A DNA stretch of 63,778 nucleotides, the filler included, from Reclinomonas americana ATCC 50394 (taxonomy: Eukaryota): assembly GCA_048213135.1 (NCBI GenBank). It is 4 parts of 4 records of this genome, joined end to end, with 100 filler letters (N's around TTAATTAATTAA, not from the genome) between each part and the next. Parts side by side here need not be neighbours in the genome. Positions count along the whole stretch, not along the records: positions 1 to 28,482 come from PS015142.1; 3 more parts are not named here. One strand, 5' to 3'. Positions 11,501 through 24,503 of the stretch are shown here, one piece after another. Position 1 is the first letter of the stretch. Each line of letters opens with the position of its first letter. The notes beneath the pieces were generated by a model. The model saw only the letters and a program-made list of their open reading frames with translations. It ran no database searches and was not told the DNA's origin. The translations under genes and the position numbers were made by a program.

Positions 11501-14500
11501 GCTGACCTGGCACGCATCGCCAAACATATCGAAGCGCTGCACGGACATGTCATAGCAGCCGCGCTCCCGATCACTGTCCACCAGCAAACGCCGCAGTGCA
11601 TCCGTGGCAAAGAAGCGATTCGGGTCCAGAGTGGCACCGACCAGCGACGCATCCAACTCGGCCTCGTCTACGCCACCGCGTGAGAATCGACGCACACAGC
11701 AAGACGACAAACAACAAAGCGAACAACCAACCGTTTTGTGTGCGCTCCGAGAGCTCTTTGGTGAGCGATCCACCAGGCAGCCCCTCCACCCACAGACGAG
11801 CCACCGCAGTGTGAGTGCCAGGGTGAACGTCGCCAGGAGGCGCAAAGGCAAAGTGGAACACCGCCGTGTCTTGCGCGGCCACCTGCCGTGATGGAGGCTC
11901 CACCAGGAACACCGACGACGATTTCCCTTGCTGGTTCTGGTGAGTAGGCAGTGTTGAGTGAGACAAGAGCGCCGACATAAATTCGCACAGAGGCACACAC
12001 ACATACCAGCAATTTCCACGTCACAGTCAGGGGTACAAGGCTCGAGTTTGTCACTTCGACTGCGCACGCACAAAAAACAAACAACGGTGAACAAGTTGGT
12101 GACAACAACTCACGATACCATGTGCAAAACTCACCCGCGCGAACTTCCTTCGACGTCAGCGTGGTCTCATTAAACGCCAGCGTCGATGAGTGAATTCTGG
12201 GATCAAAGGGCTCGCCGTTGACCTTGCTCACAAACACATTCGGCAGCGTGCCAGTACCTGCAGCATCCACAAATGAGCAACGGTGGCGCATGAAGGCGAC
12301 CGCTTGCAGCGCGTCGACGCAAGGATACCGTTCAGCGTGTACCGGAACACCGTCATGTTGTCGCACACTATATACAGATTCTGCTCAGCCATGTCGGTCG
12401 ACAGTGGCGCAAACAACACTTGCACATCCACCTCTGCGACCCAAGAAATGGAGGAAAGCATTAGCTTCCGCCGACTCGCAGAATCACCACTCGCTGATGC
12501 TCCTCTCACCAGACGATGGCACGAGCATAAAGTCGGTCGGGTACACCTCAAAGTTGACACCACACTGCACACGTGTGCGCTCCGCCAGAGCCGAGCTCAA
12601 CAGGTAACCAACGCCCTCAGTTTCGTATTGCAGGAATTCTGCCAACACAATCGGTGACGATGAGACGGGGCGTCGCCAAGCATTCTATCGCGAGGCACAC
12701 AAACCGTCTTCGGAGAGCAGCCAAAAGTTGCCGTTGCCACCAATGTTCTTGCAACGGAACACATTGTCGGACTCGAATCCGATCAACGCAGGCCTGCAGA
12801 AGGTAGACGAGAACAATCAACGCCCCAGTCATCAACTCCACCCCACAATGACGACGACGACGGAACTTGCAGTTGAGCCGATTCGGCAGCGTCAGTCGCG
12901 GTGGGTGGTTACGGCCGAGAAGAGTCACTATGATACGAAGAGGCGAAGTGAGATGACAAGCACATCTGCATCTCTCCTGCTCAATAAACCACCAACCTTC
13001 CAACTCGGAAAAGTCAGTGACCACCACGGCGGCGTCGTCGACATCGGCCACACTGTCCGGTTTGAACAACACCACCACAGTGATGCTCATACCCGGTGCG
13101 ACCAGTGCATTGTTGTTCGGCAGCTTGGCCAAGTGCACGGAAAAGCGAGAAGTGGTCGGTGGCAGCACGCGCAACCGCCTTGACGTGCTCGACACATTCA
13201 TCACCGTGAACGACTGCTCCAGTTGCTCACCCACCTGCGCATCGAACACAAAACATACGACGCCGTAATCAGTCAGAATGCTCCGTGCCCCCACCCTCAC
13301 TGTACATGGCCACCACTGACCCTGTACGCCGAGAAGGTCACGGTGTTGGTGGAGAGCGCAAACGCTTGGTCTCGCCGTGTACCACTCAGTCGCGGTCGTT
13401 CGTCCTTGCTCGGCAAGTCGCGGAATCGGGGATTCACACGGAAGTTCAACTTGCTAGTCATGTGAGCCTCAAGCTGCGCGTCAGCCGGATGCTGCTGGGC
13501 CACCGCTGTGCGCAAACGCTGTCGCTTTGTCGGTGTGGAGGCACCAACGACCTGACCGTCACCACCGAGTTTGAGCGGAACCACCATCTCCGTCAGGCGC
13601 TCCTTGTGGCTCTCAAACTCCTTCTGCTGCACCTCAGCCTCGTCCACAAAGCGCACCACAGAGCCGGCACGCGACTGTCCACCACCAGTGACAACAGGTG
13701 GACGCGTGGGCGGTGGTGATCGGTCTGCGCACGCATATGAATTCAACTGAATGCTCACTCTCTCCGCTAACCAGTGCATACGCACCGAGGTTGACTTGAC
13801 TGCCACGCGAAAGGGTGACAGAGGCAAAACGAGGCATGGACTCGCGCTTGGAGGCCAGCGGCAGCGGCTGGAACGTCCTGAACACGCTACTGTCTTTGCT
13901 GGTCATGAGCGCCACCGCGTCCACCAGATGGTAGCGCGCCAGCAGCGCCTCATCCTCTTGCAGGAACTGATTCACCAAGCTCTCATCTGCACGTGCGATC
14001 ACACTGGTGAGCCATTCGTTCATCGATTCCTCGCGTGCACATGGAAATGGAGGGGCGAACCAGGTTGATCCGCGTGTTCATGGTCGATCTGCACAGCGGG
14101 CGGTGAGCGGTGAGATGCGAGTCACGCACACACTGACATGTTGTTCAAGCACAAAGACGCACTGCAGATGGCCCGGCTCCATCACCCGGATCCGAGGGGA
14201 ACTGCGAGGAGGCGTGAACCGATCGCGGCGCACCGCTGCCCTCCGCAGCTGCCGTTGTTGTCGGCGCCGACGAGGCAGCGACAACAGCCGGCTCGTCGTC
14301 CAGCTTCACACTCTTGGCGACCTCGGCACGCAGACGTCGCATGCGATGCCGACTGGCCTCCACCAAGTGATCGGCAAGTCGCATGCATTCCTCCACCGAG
14401 TCGCGCGCCCGACCCTTCACCAAACGAATCGTGGAGCCGTACTCATCTTGCGGCTCATTGTCGTCCGGCTCGTCGACTCCCAAGCCCTTGGACGGGTGTG

Positions 14501-15233
14501 GAGCTGCCAGTAACAGTGAGTAGTGTGCCTTTTCATCCATAGACGACAACGACGTGGACGAAACGCTCTGGAGGCGCCACCGGCACAGGCTCTGGCTCCG
14601 GCTCTGGCGGTGCTGCAACGCGACACACACAGACACCAATCAGCATGGCACATCAACAAGACGAGATGACAAAAGCAGCGCAACGAGGTGGAGGCGCCTT
14701 GGAGGGCTTTGGTGGTGGACCCTTCTTGCCGCCCTTGACCGGCTTCTCTGGCTCTGGTTCCGGTTCCTGCGCGCGCCCATCCCACCATCAGCAAATCGTG
14801 GCCACCCCACTGAGTGTGTGTGAGCGTGCGTTCATGCAAGAGACGCAACGGGTGGGGGAGGCGGTGGCGGTGGCGGTGGGGTTGGCGGTCGAGGCGGCGG
14901 GTAGTACGAGGTGAACACCTCGCGCAGCACCGTCAGCAGTCGCTCCTGGCACGACAGTTCCGGAGGCGGTGGTGGCGGCGGTGTTGATGGGGGACTGGGT
15001 GTGCGTGGTGGCGACATGCTGTCTGCGGTTGCATGCTCGCTGCTGCCCGATGGACCAGCACCACCATCAGCAGCTGCGGTGACTGGAGGCGGCGATGGCG
15101 GTGGCTCTTCGACCTTGACCGGCTCTGTGGACGATGGAAGGGGGAGAGAGAGAGTGAAGCAGTGAGCAGTGTGCGTGTGCGTGTGCGAGCGAAGGAGGGA
15201 AAGGGACGCACTCTCGGCCTTCTTCGGCGGCAT
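5550..15233 (-). CDS. DLEC1: DLEC1/CFAP81 (FAP81)-like ciliary central-apparatus protein with multiple ASH/Ig-like domains, ~25+ exons, two gaps
   Basis: Spliced translation: Pro-rich N-terminus (MPPKKAE...), LNFRVNPRF, VTFSAYRVGEQLEQSFTVMNVSSTSRRLRVLPP, LVAPGMSITVVVLFKPDSVAD, repeated IDFG...TLTVxN ASH-type motifs, C-terminal LLLTAHGQAVYDE. Family assignment is from recalled motifs. Confidence 0.8.
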
Positions 15234-15305
15234 CGCAACCAACAACTGATCGTCATGTTGCTCGCGTTACGCATTGTCCATTCGCGCTTTTTTGCGTGTC
15301 AATCA

Positions 15306-17285
15306 ATGGGTGAGCAAACCCGCTTTCTTGCCTTCTTCCCCCCGTGTCTCCTTCTCTCTTAACACTGTGCCATGCAGCAGCTTCGTCATCGTCATCGTCG
15401 TCATTATCGTTGAATGCAGTTGGCATCCGGTCGGCGTTGTTGATGTGGTACGATGCACACTGTCGGCAGCTGCCCTGGCGCAAGCCACCTCCTGTGTACG
15501 CTTCTGCCTCTGCAGGTACTACGGCGCACAGTGATTGCTCTTGTGCGTCGCGTTGTGACCATCTGTGTGCATCAGACGACGATGTCTCCGAGGAGCGCCA
15601 GCAGCATGCGTATCGCGTGTGGGTGTCGGAGATTATGCTGCAGCAGACGCGAGTGCAGACGGTGATTGAGTACTTTGAGCGATGGATGCGTCGCTTCCCG
15701 ACAGTTGCGCTTGTTTGATTGAGCCTGCAGCTGTGCATTCGCTCATGCATGCCTGCATGCAGGTGTCGGTCCTTGCCAGTGTATCGCTCGAGGTGCTGTT
15801 GGTGTTAGTGTTGATGTTAATGCATCCGTTGGCACTCACACCTGTGCAGGAAGTGAATGAGACGTGGGCTGGCCTGGGCTATTATCGGCGAGCGAAAATG
15901 CTGCATGCCGGCGCACAAAAGGTCGTCGGCTGCAGCACGATGCGTGGCCTGGTCCCGGCGACGGTGGGCGATCTCAAGCAGATCCCTGGCATTGGTGACT
16001 ACACGGCCGGAGCCGTGTCGTCGATTGCGTTTGGTCGTGTGGAGGCACTGGTGGACGGCAATGTCATGCGCGTGCTGTCGCGGCTCTGTTGCATCGACGA
16101 CGACATTAAGAAGCCGGCTGTGACCAGGACGTTTTGGTGAGCGACCATGCATCTTATGCCGCTTCCACCGTCGTCTCACTGGCACCGCCCACGATCGCAA
16201 GGTCGCTGGCTCGCGAGTTGGTGGATCCAGGTCGGCCCGGTGACTTCAACCAAGCCCTCATGGAACTCGGCGCCGTGGTGTGCACGCCCAAGTCACCATC
16301 GTGCGCCACATGTCCGATCAAGGAGCACTGCCGTGCGTACGCGCAGCAAGTGGAAAAGGGCGACGAGTATGCGGTGCGATGACAATCAACGTGCCTTTGT
16401 GTCACTGTACTCTCGTTCTCTCACACTCGCGTCACAGGTCACGCTGTATCCGGTCAAGTCGAAAAAGGCCGCCGTGCCTGAAATCTCCACTGCTGTGGCC
16501 GTAGTGAGTACCGATCAGGCACCTCCGTCGTATTTGCTCGTGCAGCGGCCGGCCGAGGGCCTGCTGGCATCGTTGTGGGAGTTTCCGTGGTTCGTCTTCT
16601 TGTCAACAACACTCTTTTTTCCCCGTTGTTACTCTCCTCCTCATCCTTCTCCTCCTCTTCGTCGCCACAGTGTGGCCGTGGACAAGTCGGCCGACGCAGA
16701 TGAGCAACGACAAGCGCTGGTGGAATTCGCGCGCGAGGTCGTTGGTCTGCCGGCGGTGCAGGTGACTGAGCATGTAGTGTGCGCCGTGGTGACACACACA
16801 TTCTCGCATCTGCGGCAACACATGCACGTGCACGTGTTGCGCGTGCACCCGTCGTGTGCCGACGTCGCCACCGGTCAACTTCTCGGCGCACACGACTGGT
16901 CGGCTTCGGTGCGCAGTGCTGCCGGTCGTGGTGTCGTGCAACCTCAACCGTGGCGCTGGGTGCCGGCCGCGGAGATGGCGGAGGTGGCCTTGTCGAGTGG
17001 CATGCGCAAGGTGCTGCACTCGGCCGCCCTCAACAAATCGGTGCTGTCCACGTTTTCGGTGACGAAGCGGCCGCGAAAACCGAAGAAAGAAGCCAAGGAG
17101 GAGGAGGAAGATGACGATGACGACGACGGCGAGGATGTGAAGATGGAGGAGGAGAAGGGAAAAGGCGGCGATGACGTTGATGCCGACGACGACGACGATG
17201 AGGTGGTGGAGATCACTCCAGAGGAGGTGCGACCACCACCCCGAAAGCGAGCCAGAAAAGCCAGTGCGGTCGCCGTCACCACCAA

Positions 17286-17318
<33 letters not shown>

Positions 17319-17376
17319 GAAGAGTGGCGCGACGCAGAAAACATTGTCGACGTTTTTCACTCGTAGCGGGAAGTGA
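15306..17376 (+). CDS. MUTYH: A/G-specific adenine DNA glycosylase MutY homolog
   Basis: [32 protein letters not shown], Hh[36 protein letters not shown], 4Fe-4S motif [22 protein letters not shown]-like [10 protein letters not shown] and HTFSH, C-terminal PIP box QKTLSTFF. First coding exon is only ATGG. Confidence 0.96.
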
Positions 17377-17391
17377 GGGCGACTCTACTAT

Positions 17392-20300
17392 TCACGTGCG
17401 GCGATCCCGGTGGCGACTGCTGTCCGTGGGCGGATTGATGCACGGCATGAAGGGTCGCAGGGCTAACCGCGTGCGTATTTGCCGCGCACTCAGTGGGGCG
17501 GCAAACTGCTGCGGGTCGAGCGGAATGACCTCGTCGGGCAACAGCGGAACATGAATCCCGAGTCCGGCGTCATAATACACCGTCTGATCGTGATGGTGTA
17601 AGGGGGGGAGGAAAGACATGATGATATTGTTTTTTTGTGTCCGCACCTGCCACTGGCTGTCGGGTGACAGCACGAACCAGAGCGTGGCAACAGAGGCACC
17701 TGGTCCGTCGATATTAGAGTACTCGCGCACAAGCATGCCGTGCACCGAGAACGCACGTCCCGGACGCTGCGCGCGCTGGAGTCAGCATTCATCGAGAGAA
17801 AAACAATTACCATCGCCTCGCCAAACCTCCAGATCATGTACTTGTCTCGATGAGCGCGACTCCTGCTGCTGGAGATGCAGGTACACGTCGAGGTGGTGGT
17901 CGGCGGCATGCAGTGCCGTCTCCATATCGAGACCGACACTGGCGACTGGCTCCTCACGTACGCGCACGTGCATTTCTTGTGGAGGCGGACGGCGACGGCG
18001 GTGATGCGTCGAAGCCACCACCTCCTCGTCGTCGTTGATGACAAGCTGCACGTCGCCCACATCGCGCAAGTACTCTGCGTCCGCGTCCAAGACACTGTCG
18101 GTGCTCGACGCATCATCGTCGCTGTTCGCCGTGGCCTCCTGCTGGTCGCGTTGTCGCCGGCGCTCTTCTTCCAGCTCCTTCCGACGAGTCTCGACCAGCT
18201 TCCGACGCTGCTTGCGCAACAGCTCTCGCTGACGCTTCTCTTTCGCGGCCTTCTTCTCGCGACTGCCGCAAACGCAATAAAGGGAATCAGGCTTGTGGGA
18301 GGCTGATCCCAGTTCATGCGCACGACAAACCTCGTCGCAGCTGCCGTCTTGGACTCCCGATTCCGACGCTTGTCGTCCTTCTTGTCGCTGTCACTACTAC
18401 TGCTACTATCGTCATCGTCGCCGTCGGTGCTGGTGGACTTCTTGCGACAGCAACACATGGAAAACAGCTTCCGAAAGATGCCAAACTTGCTATACAGCGT
18501 GTCAGCACTCCACAGCGGAACAACATGCAACTGGTGTGGGCACGCAACAAGCCAAGATACAGAAGGGCGAGCAATCCCAGGTAGAAGGCCAGTGAGGCCG
18601 CCAACTTGCCCCAGCAGCCGCTAAACAACGAGCACGTAATGTTGAAGCTGCGGAGGTCGCATCGCAGGGGTGAGGCACGCCCGCACACGTGGATGGTCAG
18701 CAGAACGAATCGCACGCAACAATCCACATGAACAGCTGTCGGAACCACCGGACCCGAGAATGGCAGGCGTCCCCGAGTCACTGGGTGCCGACCCACCCTG
18801 CATACCCTGGTTGATCATCATGGCGGTGGTGTTGAAGCTGACCACCACAGTGTCGATGAGTGACTGCCCGCTGTCGTACAGCAGCACTGCACGTGCGCCA
18901 CGTAATGAGTAACAGATGGAAGTCATTGCTGAGCACATCAACGGCACCTGAGCAAATGTGATCCGCCTGAACCGACGTCTCGGCGAAAATGTCAAACACA
19001 AACAGGTGCGTATCACCCGGTGCAATCGACGCAGTCTGTGCCTGCACCTCTTTGATGTCGCTCGAACACTGTGCCACAGTGACATAAAAGTCGGCAGTCA
19101 CGTTGCCGATGCTGGCCACCAGGACCTTCATCTTGCCGTTGTTGGAGTTGCCCTCGAACGTGCCGACCGTGGCACTTCTGATGACACCGCCACTCCTGCA
19201 CCTCACACTCGTCAGTCAACGCAGTCATCGGCCCCGTGCGCGCCATAGTGGAGGCCGCACCTGTTCACCACATATTGCACATTGTCGGCCTTCAGCGTGA
19301 TCGTAATCACACTGGCCTGCAAGCTCCGAATCTGGTACGCCAGGTACGTGTCGTTGCGACCGCTCTCGCGCAGGCTCACAAAGTTGCCGAAGCCGTCCAG
19401 CAGGTAGCGTGGCGTTAGGCCCTGACTGACGCGCTGGAGATCAGACTGCGCACATTCGTTATTTTTGTTGAGATGAGTGTAACACAGCAGTACTTGGGAG
19501 CATCTGGGACCAGCACCTGGTACAAGTCCTGCAGCTGATTGTTGAGGCAGGAGCCGGCTGGTTTATCGCACGCATTAGCATCGTACTTGAATGCCTGCGA
19601 GAGCATGGTGGTGAGCATCACGAGCGAACCACCATTGCTGGCATAAAACAGCGAGCAAACACAACGTAAAAACCGACACCGATCTTGTCGCACTCGCGAC
19701 CGTCGAATGTGATCAGTTCACGGTCGACCAGCATCCACGCGGCAGGTCCCTGGTGCGCAGCGATTTATGAATGGAAGAGTGAAACACTGGATTGCAGATT
19801 GGCAACACTCCAGGCAAACCAGCTTCACAACGGGATCGTCGACCGGGATCCAAGGCACCATCATGATCTTGTTGGCGAGGATCGGCGGCGAGGTGTACGG
19901 TGAGAAGTCGCCCACCAGTCGCACTTGCACACTGCGATATCGATGCACAGAATCAGCACGTGTAGACGGCCAGTCTGTGCCATGTGTATGCGTGTGATCG
20001 ACTCACGCTCCATCCGACGACAGCGATCCCAACTGCGTGGGACTGACTCGCAACAGCTCCGTGCTGGTCTCGTTGTCGGAGGTGTATCGCACAATGCTCA
20101 CCGTGATGATGAAGAACACCTCCCACTCGCCGACCTCGTAGCCATTGTACCACAGATCGCGAAAGCGCATGCAGTGTGCACTCTGACCCGAGTCGGAGAA
20201 GAGGCCGCAGTTCAGACTGCCACGCGCTGGACCACTGCCAGAGCCCACCAGTCCGCCGAGCACGTCGCCAATGGAACACGAGCAGCAAAAGCCTTGCGAG

Positions 20301-20909
20301 TACTGCACGCGGTTGTTGTTGGCGTCGGTGTACCAGCCGCACGACGGATTGTCGTCGTGGTCGCCGGCCACACACTGGCTCAGCAGCAGCGACTGCAACA
20401 CGATGCGCTCCTTCGGCTTGGTGTTGAAGGTCTGCGCGCCCCAACAGCGTCATTCAGCGACCACCACTTCCACACTCCTCTACGCGTGGTGACAACAACG
20501 TACAAACCTGTCGATACGTGACCGGGTAACGCACATACGCGTTGGTCTTCTTCACCGAGATCTCCCACGGTTTCTGCAAGACGCGCGTCTTGCCGGTCTC
20601 ATCCGCCACACGATCGACCGTCGCCAGCAGTGCCTCGGTGTTGTTCTGCATACGTGCACGTCACGATAAGCACAGCGCGAGTGAAGCTTCCGGCGCCAAC
20701 CCCACCTGCCCAATGTCGACCGACATGGTCAACACAAACTTCTCCGTGCACGAGATGCCGCTGGCCGTGTCGCGCCCGCTTCCATCACGCACGCACTTGC
20801 TGACCTGTGACGAGGCCAGCAGCCCGCCCTCCACGCTGCTCACCGTCACCACCAGCATCACCGTCATCGCCACGAGCATGCTCGCCTGCACCACCACAAC
20901 AATGCGCAT
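17392..20909 (-). CDS. HAP2: HAP2/GCS1 gamete fusogen (class II fusexin) with long cytoplasmic tail
   Basis: Signal peptide; SQGFCCSC, ARGSLNC, SAHCMRFRDLWYNGYEVG, WMLVDRELITFDGRECDKIGVGFYAFKY...CDKPAGSCLNNQL; Ig-like domain III; TM helix followed by CCCRKK. All introns GT-AG with the frame maintained. Confidence 0.95.
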
Positions 20910-21370
20910 CCTTCTGTCGCGTTGGTGTTGCTGCTGCTGTCGCGCCGCTGCCGACCTCACACCATCACACAACAACATGCGCTCCACATGCATCTGCACA
21001 CACGCACTACCGATGGCGGTCCAACGCCACTTGCCACCATTTTTTCTCCGATCTCGTGCACGGTTCAAAAAAACAATGTCCCACAAGACGCACGGCAATG
21101 TCGCGGCGTACACTAGCGCAGCAGTGTGTGCTTGGGGCTCTTACAGAAACTTAACGCTTCTCTTCGATGGGGGTTTTCTTCCTCGGTGGGATTATCTCCC
21201 GAAGGGGGGCCAGAGAAATTTTTTGGTGCAACAACCCGTTCAAGCTGCCACTCCTCCATTGGCAAAGCTCGACCCGATGCGCGCCATGACATTCTGAAAC
21301 TAGGAACAAGAAGAAAAACGAAACGAAACATGCTGCCGTACACTACTATAGCCCCGTCGTGCAAAAGCGG

Positions 21371-21830
21371 TCATTCATGCAATCCCTCTTCCTCCCACAT
21401 GGCGGTGAGTACAGCCACCATGTACGGCAATGGTACTGGTTCGTCGAGTCGTGATCTTCCCGGGTTCACCAGGCACTCGGAGATCGAGTCAATCGAGGGC
21501 GGTGACCGCCCTTGCCGCTTCCGCGCCTCCCGTGTTGCAGCCGGCGTTGCTGCAGAAGACGACTCGCCACCGGCACTGCCACTGGCGCCCGACTCACCGG
21601 TGACCACAGACCCTGCACCTGTCCACTTGGCTCTCAACATGTTCCACCGCTCCGGCCCTGTGCCATCGATTGTCAGCCGACAAGAAAGAGCGTCAAAAGA
21701 GGAAGAAATCGCATCGCTCACCAGGTTGTACGTGTGCCAACTCCCGCTGCATGGCGTCCAACTGCGATGGCTGCGAGGGCCGACCAGCGGCCGACCCTCC
21801 ACTTGACGAGGCGACCGACACGGCTGCCGA
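21371..21830 (-). CDS. DUF4050/Gag1-like clamp domain protein, C-terminal exons (5' part in gap)
   Basis: Spliced translation ...HVQPGPERWNMLRAKWT...IDSISECLVNPGRSRLDEPVPLPYMVAVLTAMWEEEGLHE* resembles the W..LR..W / P.PL..MV..L...W..EG signature recalled for DUF4050. Confidence 0.6.
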
Positions 21831-24059
21831 CTGTAGCACAGCGCACGTGAGCACCAACAACAACAACAGCAACAGCCGAAAGTNNNNNNNNNNNNNNNNN
21901 NNNNNNNNNNNNNNNNNNNNNNNNNNNNNNNNNNNNNNNNNNNNNNNNNNNNNNNNNNNNNNNNNNNNNNNNNNNNNNNNNNNNNNNNNNNNNNNNNNNN
22001 NNNNNNNNNNNNNNNNNNNNNNNNNNNNNNNNNNNNNNNNNNNNNNNNNNNNNNNNNNNNNNNNNNNNNNNNNNNNNNNNNNNNNNNNNNNNNNNNNNNN
22101 NNNNNNNNNNNNNNNNNNNNNNNNNNNNNNNNNNNNNNNNNNNNNNNNNNNNNNNNNNNNNNNNNNNNNNNNNNNNNNNNNNNNNNNNNNNNNNNNNNNN
22201 NNNNNNNNNNNNNNNNNNNNNNNNNNNNNNNNNNNNNNNNNNNNNNNNNNNNNNNNNNNNNNNNNNNNNNNNNNNNNNNNNNNNNNNNNNNNNNNNNNNN
22301 NNNNNNNNNNNNNNNNNNNNNNNNNNNNNNNNNNNNNNNNNNNNNNNNNNNNNNNNNNNNNNNNNNNNNNNNNNNNNNNNNNNNNNNNNNNNNNNNNNGT
22401 GTCTCGCTCCGTGCCATGTGGAATCGGTTCTCTCTTCGATGTCGATCGGCGCACCGACATGTCTCTTGCTCACTCACTCGCTCGCCCGCCCCCCCCGCAC
22501 ACACAGTCCAAGAGAGCAAGAGCACGAGCAGCGGCAGTCGAGGCAGCAGCGGTCGCCGCGTTCTCGTCGTCATCTCTCTGCTCGTCGCCGACCTCGTCGA
22601 GTCGACAACAGCAGGAGCGGGCGTTGGCGTGTCTCGTTGCGCGTTCCCCGAGTGCCTCTCCTCCGCGACTCTCGCTCGGTGAGGTAGCAGCGGTGGCGGA
22701 GGTCGCCAGTGGCAAGTCGGCATCGTCGTTTTGCTGTGGGAGCGGGGGCGGAAGCGGCTCAGACGAGGAGTGGTCGGTGCGGAGGCGTAGACCAGTGGGA
22801 TCCACTGCCAAGGCAGCGTTGGGTGCATCGTCGTCATCGTCGTCTACAGTAGCGTGGAAGCAACAGCAGCAGCAGCAGCAACAGCAGGTGGCGGCTGTGT
22901 CTTGGGCTTTTGAAAAAAGGAGTCTTTCTGTGGCTCTCGGGTGCTCAGCGGCAGCAGCTGTCGGTGGTGGCAGTGTGCTGAACAAGGTCGTCTCCACGGG
23001 GGGAAGCTCATCCAAGTCATCCGACGGCACCGGCCGTCGTGGAAGAAGTCCGGCAAGAAAACAGGCGGTAAGTGTGTGTTTTGTGGTTTTCCGCCCTGCA
23101 TTTCATCGGNNNNNNNNNNNNNNNNNNNNNNNNNNNNNNNNNNNNNNNNNNNNNNNNNNNNNNNNNNNNNNNNNNNNNNNNNNNNNNNNNNNNNNNNNNN
23201 NNNNNNNNNNNNNNNNNNNNNNNNNNNNNNNNNNNNNNNNNNNNNNNNNNNNNNNNNNNNNNNNNNNNNNNNNNNNNNNNNNNNNNNNNNNNNNNNNNNN
23301 NNNNNNNNNNNNNNNNNNNNNNNNNNNNNNNNNNNNNNNNNNNNNNNNNNNNNNNNNNNNNNNNNNNNNNNNNNNNNNNNNNNNNNNNNNNNNNNNNNNN
23401 NNNNNNNNNNNNNNNNNNNNNNNNNNNNNNNNNNNNNNNNNNNNNNNNNNNNNNNNNNNNNNNNNNNNNNNNNNNNNNNNNNNNNNNNNNNNNNNNNNNN
23501 NNNNNNNNNNNNNNNNNNNNNNNNNNNNNNNNNNNNNNNNNNNNNNNNNNNNNNNNNNNNNNNNNNNNNNNNNNNNNNNNNNNNNNNNNNNNNNNNNNNN
23601 NNNNNNNNNNNNNNNNNNNNNNNNNNNNNNNNNNNNNNNNNNNNNNNNNNNNNNNNNNNNNNNNNNNNNNNNNNNNNNNNNNNNNNNNNNNNNNNNNNNN
23701 NNNNNNNNNNNNNNNNNNNNNNNNNNNNNNNNNNNNNNNNNNNNNNNNNNNNNNNNNNNNNNNNNNNNNNNNNNNNNNNNNNNNNNNNNNNNNNNNNNNN
23801 NNNNNNNNNNNNNNNNNNNNNNNNNNNNNNNNNNNNNNNNNNNNNNNNNNNNNNNNNNNNNNNNNNNNNNNNNNNNNNNNNNNNNNNNNNNNNNNNNNNN
23901 NNNNNNNNNNNNNNNNNNNNNNNNNNNNNNNNNNNNNNNNNNNNNNNNNNNNNNNNNNNNNNNNNNNNNNNNNNNNNNNNNNNNNNNNNNNNNNAGTGCG
24001 TGTGTGTGTGCGACAGAGAGGCATAGAGAGAGTGTGTGTGTGTGTGCGCGTGTGATACA

Positions 24060-24430
24060 CAAAGGAATCGCATCCGACAAGACCACCAACGCGTGCTCCT
24101 GCCGCAGTATCTCCACACGAACCCTTTGCGTCACAAAGACCACGACCAGAGTCAAGCACGCCAGCAGGAACACCAAGCCAGTGATGATACCGAAAGCGGC
24201 GACTCCCGAGAGCTCACTGACAGTGCCGGTGGAGGAGGAGGCGACGGACGACAAGACAGAGGAGGCGATCGCGTCCACGCTCGTCGCACTCGCAATGTCG
24301 CTCACAGCAACGAGACCGACGACGACGACTACAGCAGCGGTTTGCAGTCGTGTTGCGCGGGACGCCGCCGAGAGGATAGCAGACTCCGTCGTCGTGGTTG
24401 TGTGCGCGCTCCCGCCGGAGATGCGTCGAT
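24060..24430 (-). CDS. Hypothetical single-pass membrane protein (partial)
   Basis: Ser/Thr-rich segment followed by the hydrophobic helix VAAFGIITGLVFLLACLTLVVVFV and basic residues. Ends at an intron-like TG repeat and a gap. Confidence 0.4.
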
Positions 24431-24503
24431 GAATGAATGGACAACCAAGAGGACAAGAGTTTTACGGAGGCATATTCTTGGCTGTTTTCGTGATTCGACT
24501 CAC

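Noticed and set aside
22400-23110. ORFs on both strands with poly-Q/poly-C and acidic tracts
   Set aside because: Probably coding, but strand and frame cannot be determined between two gaps.
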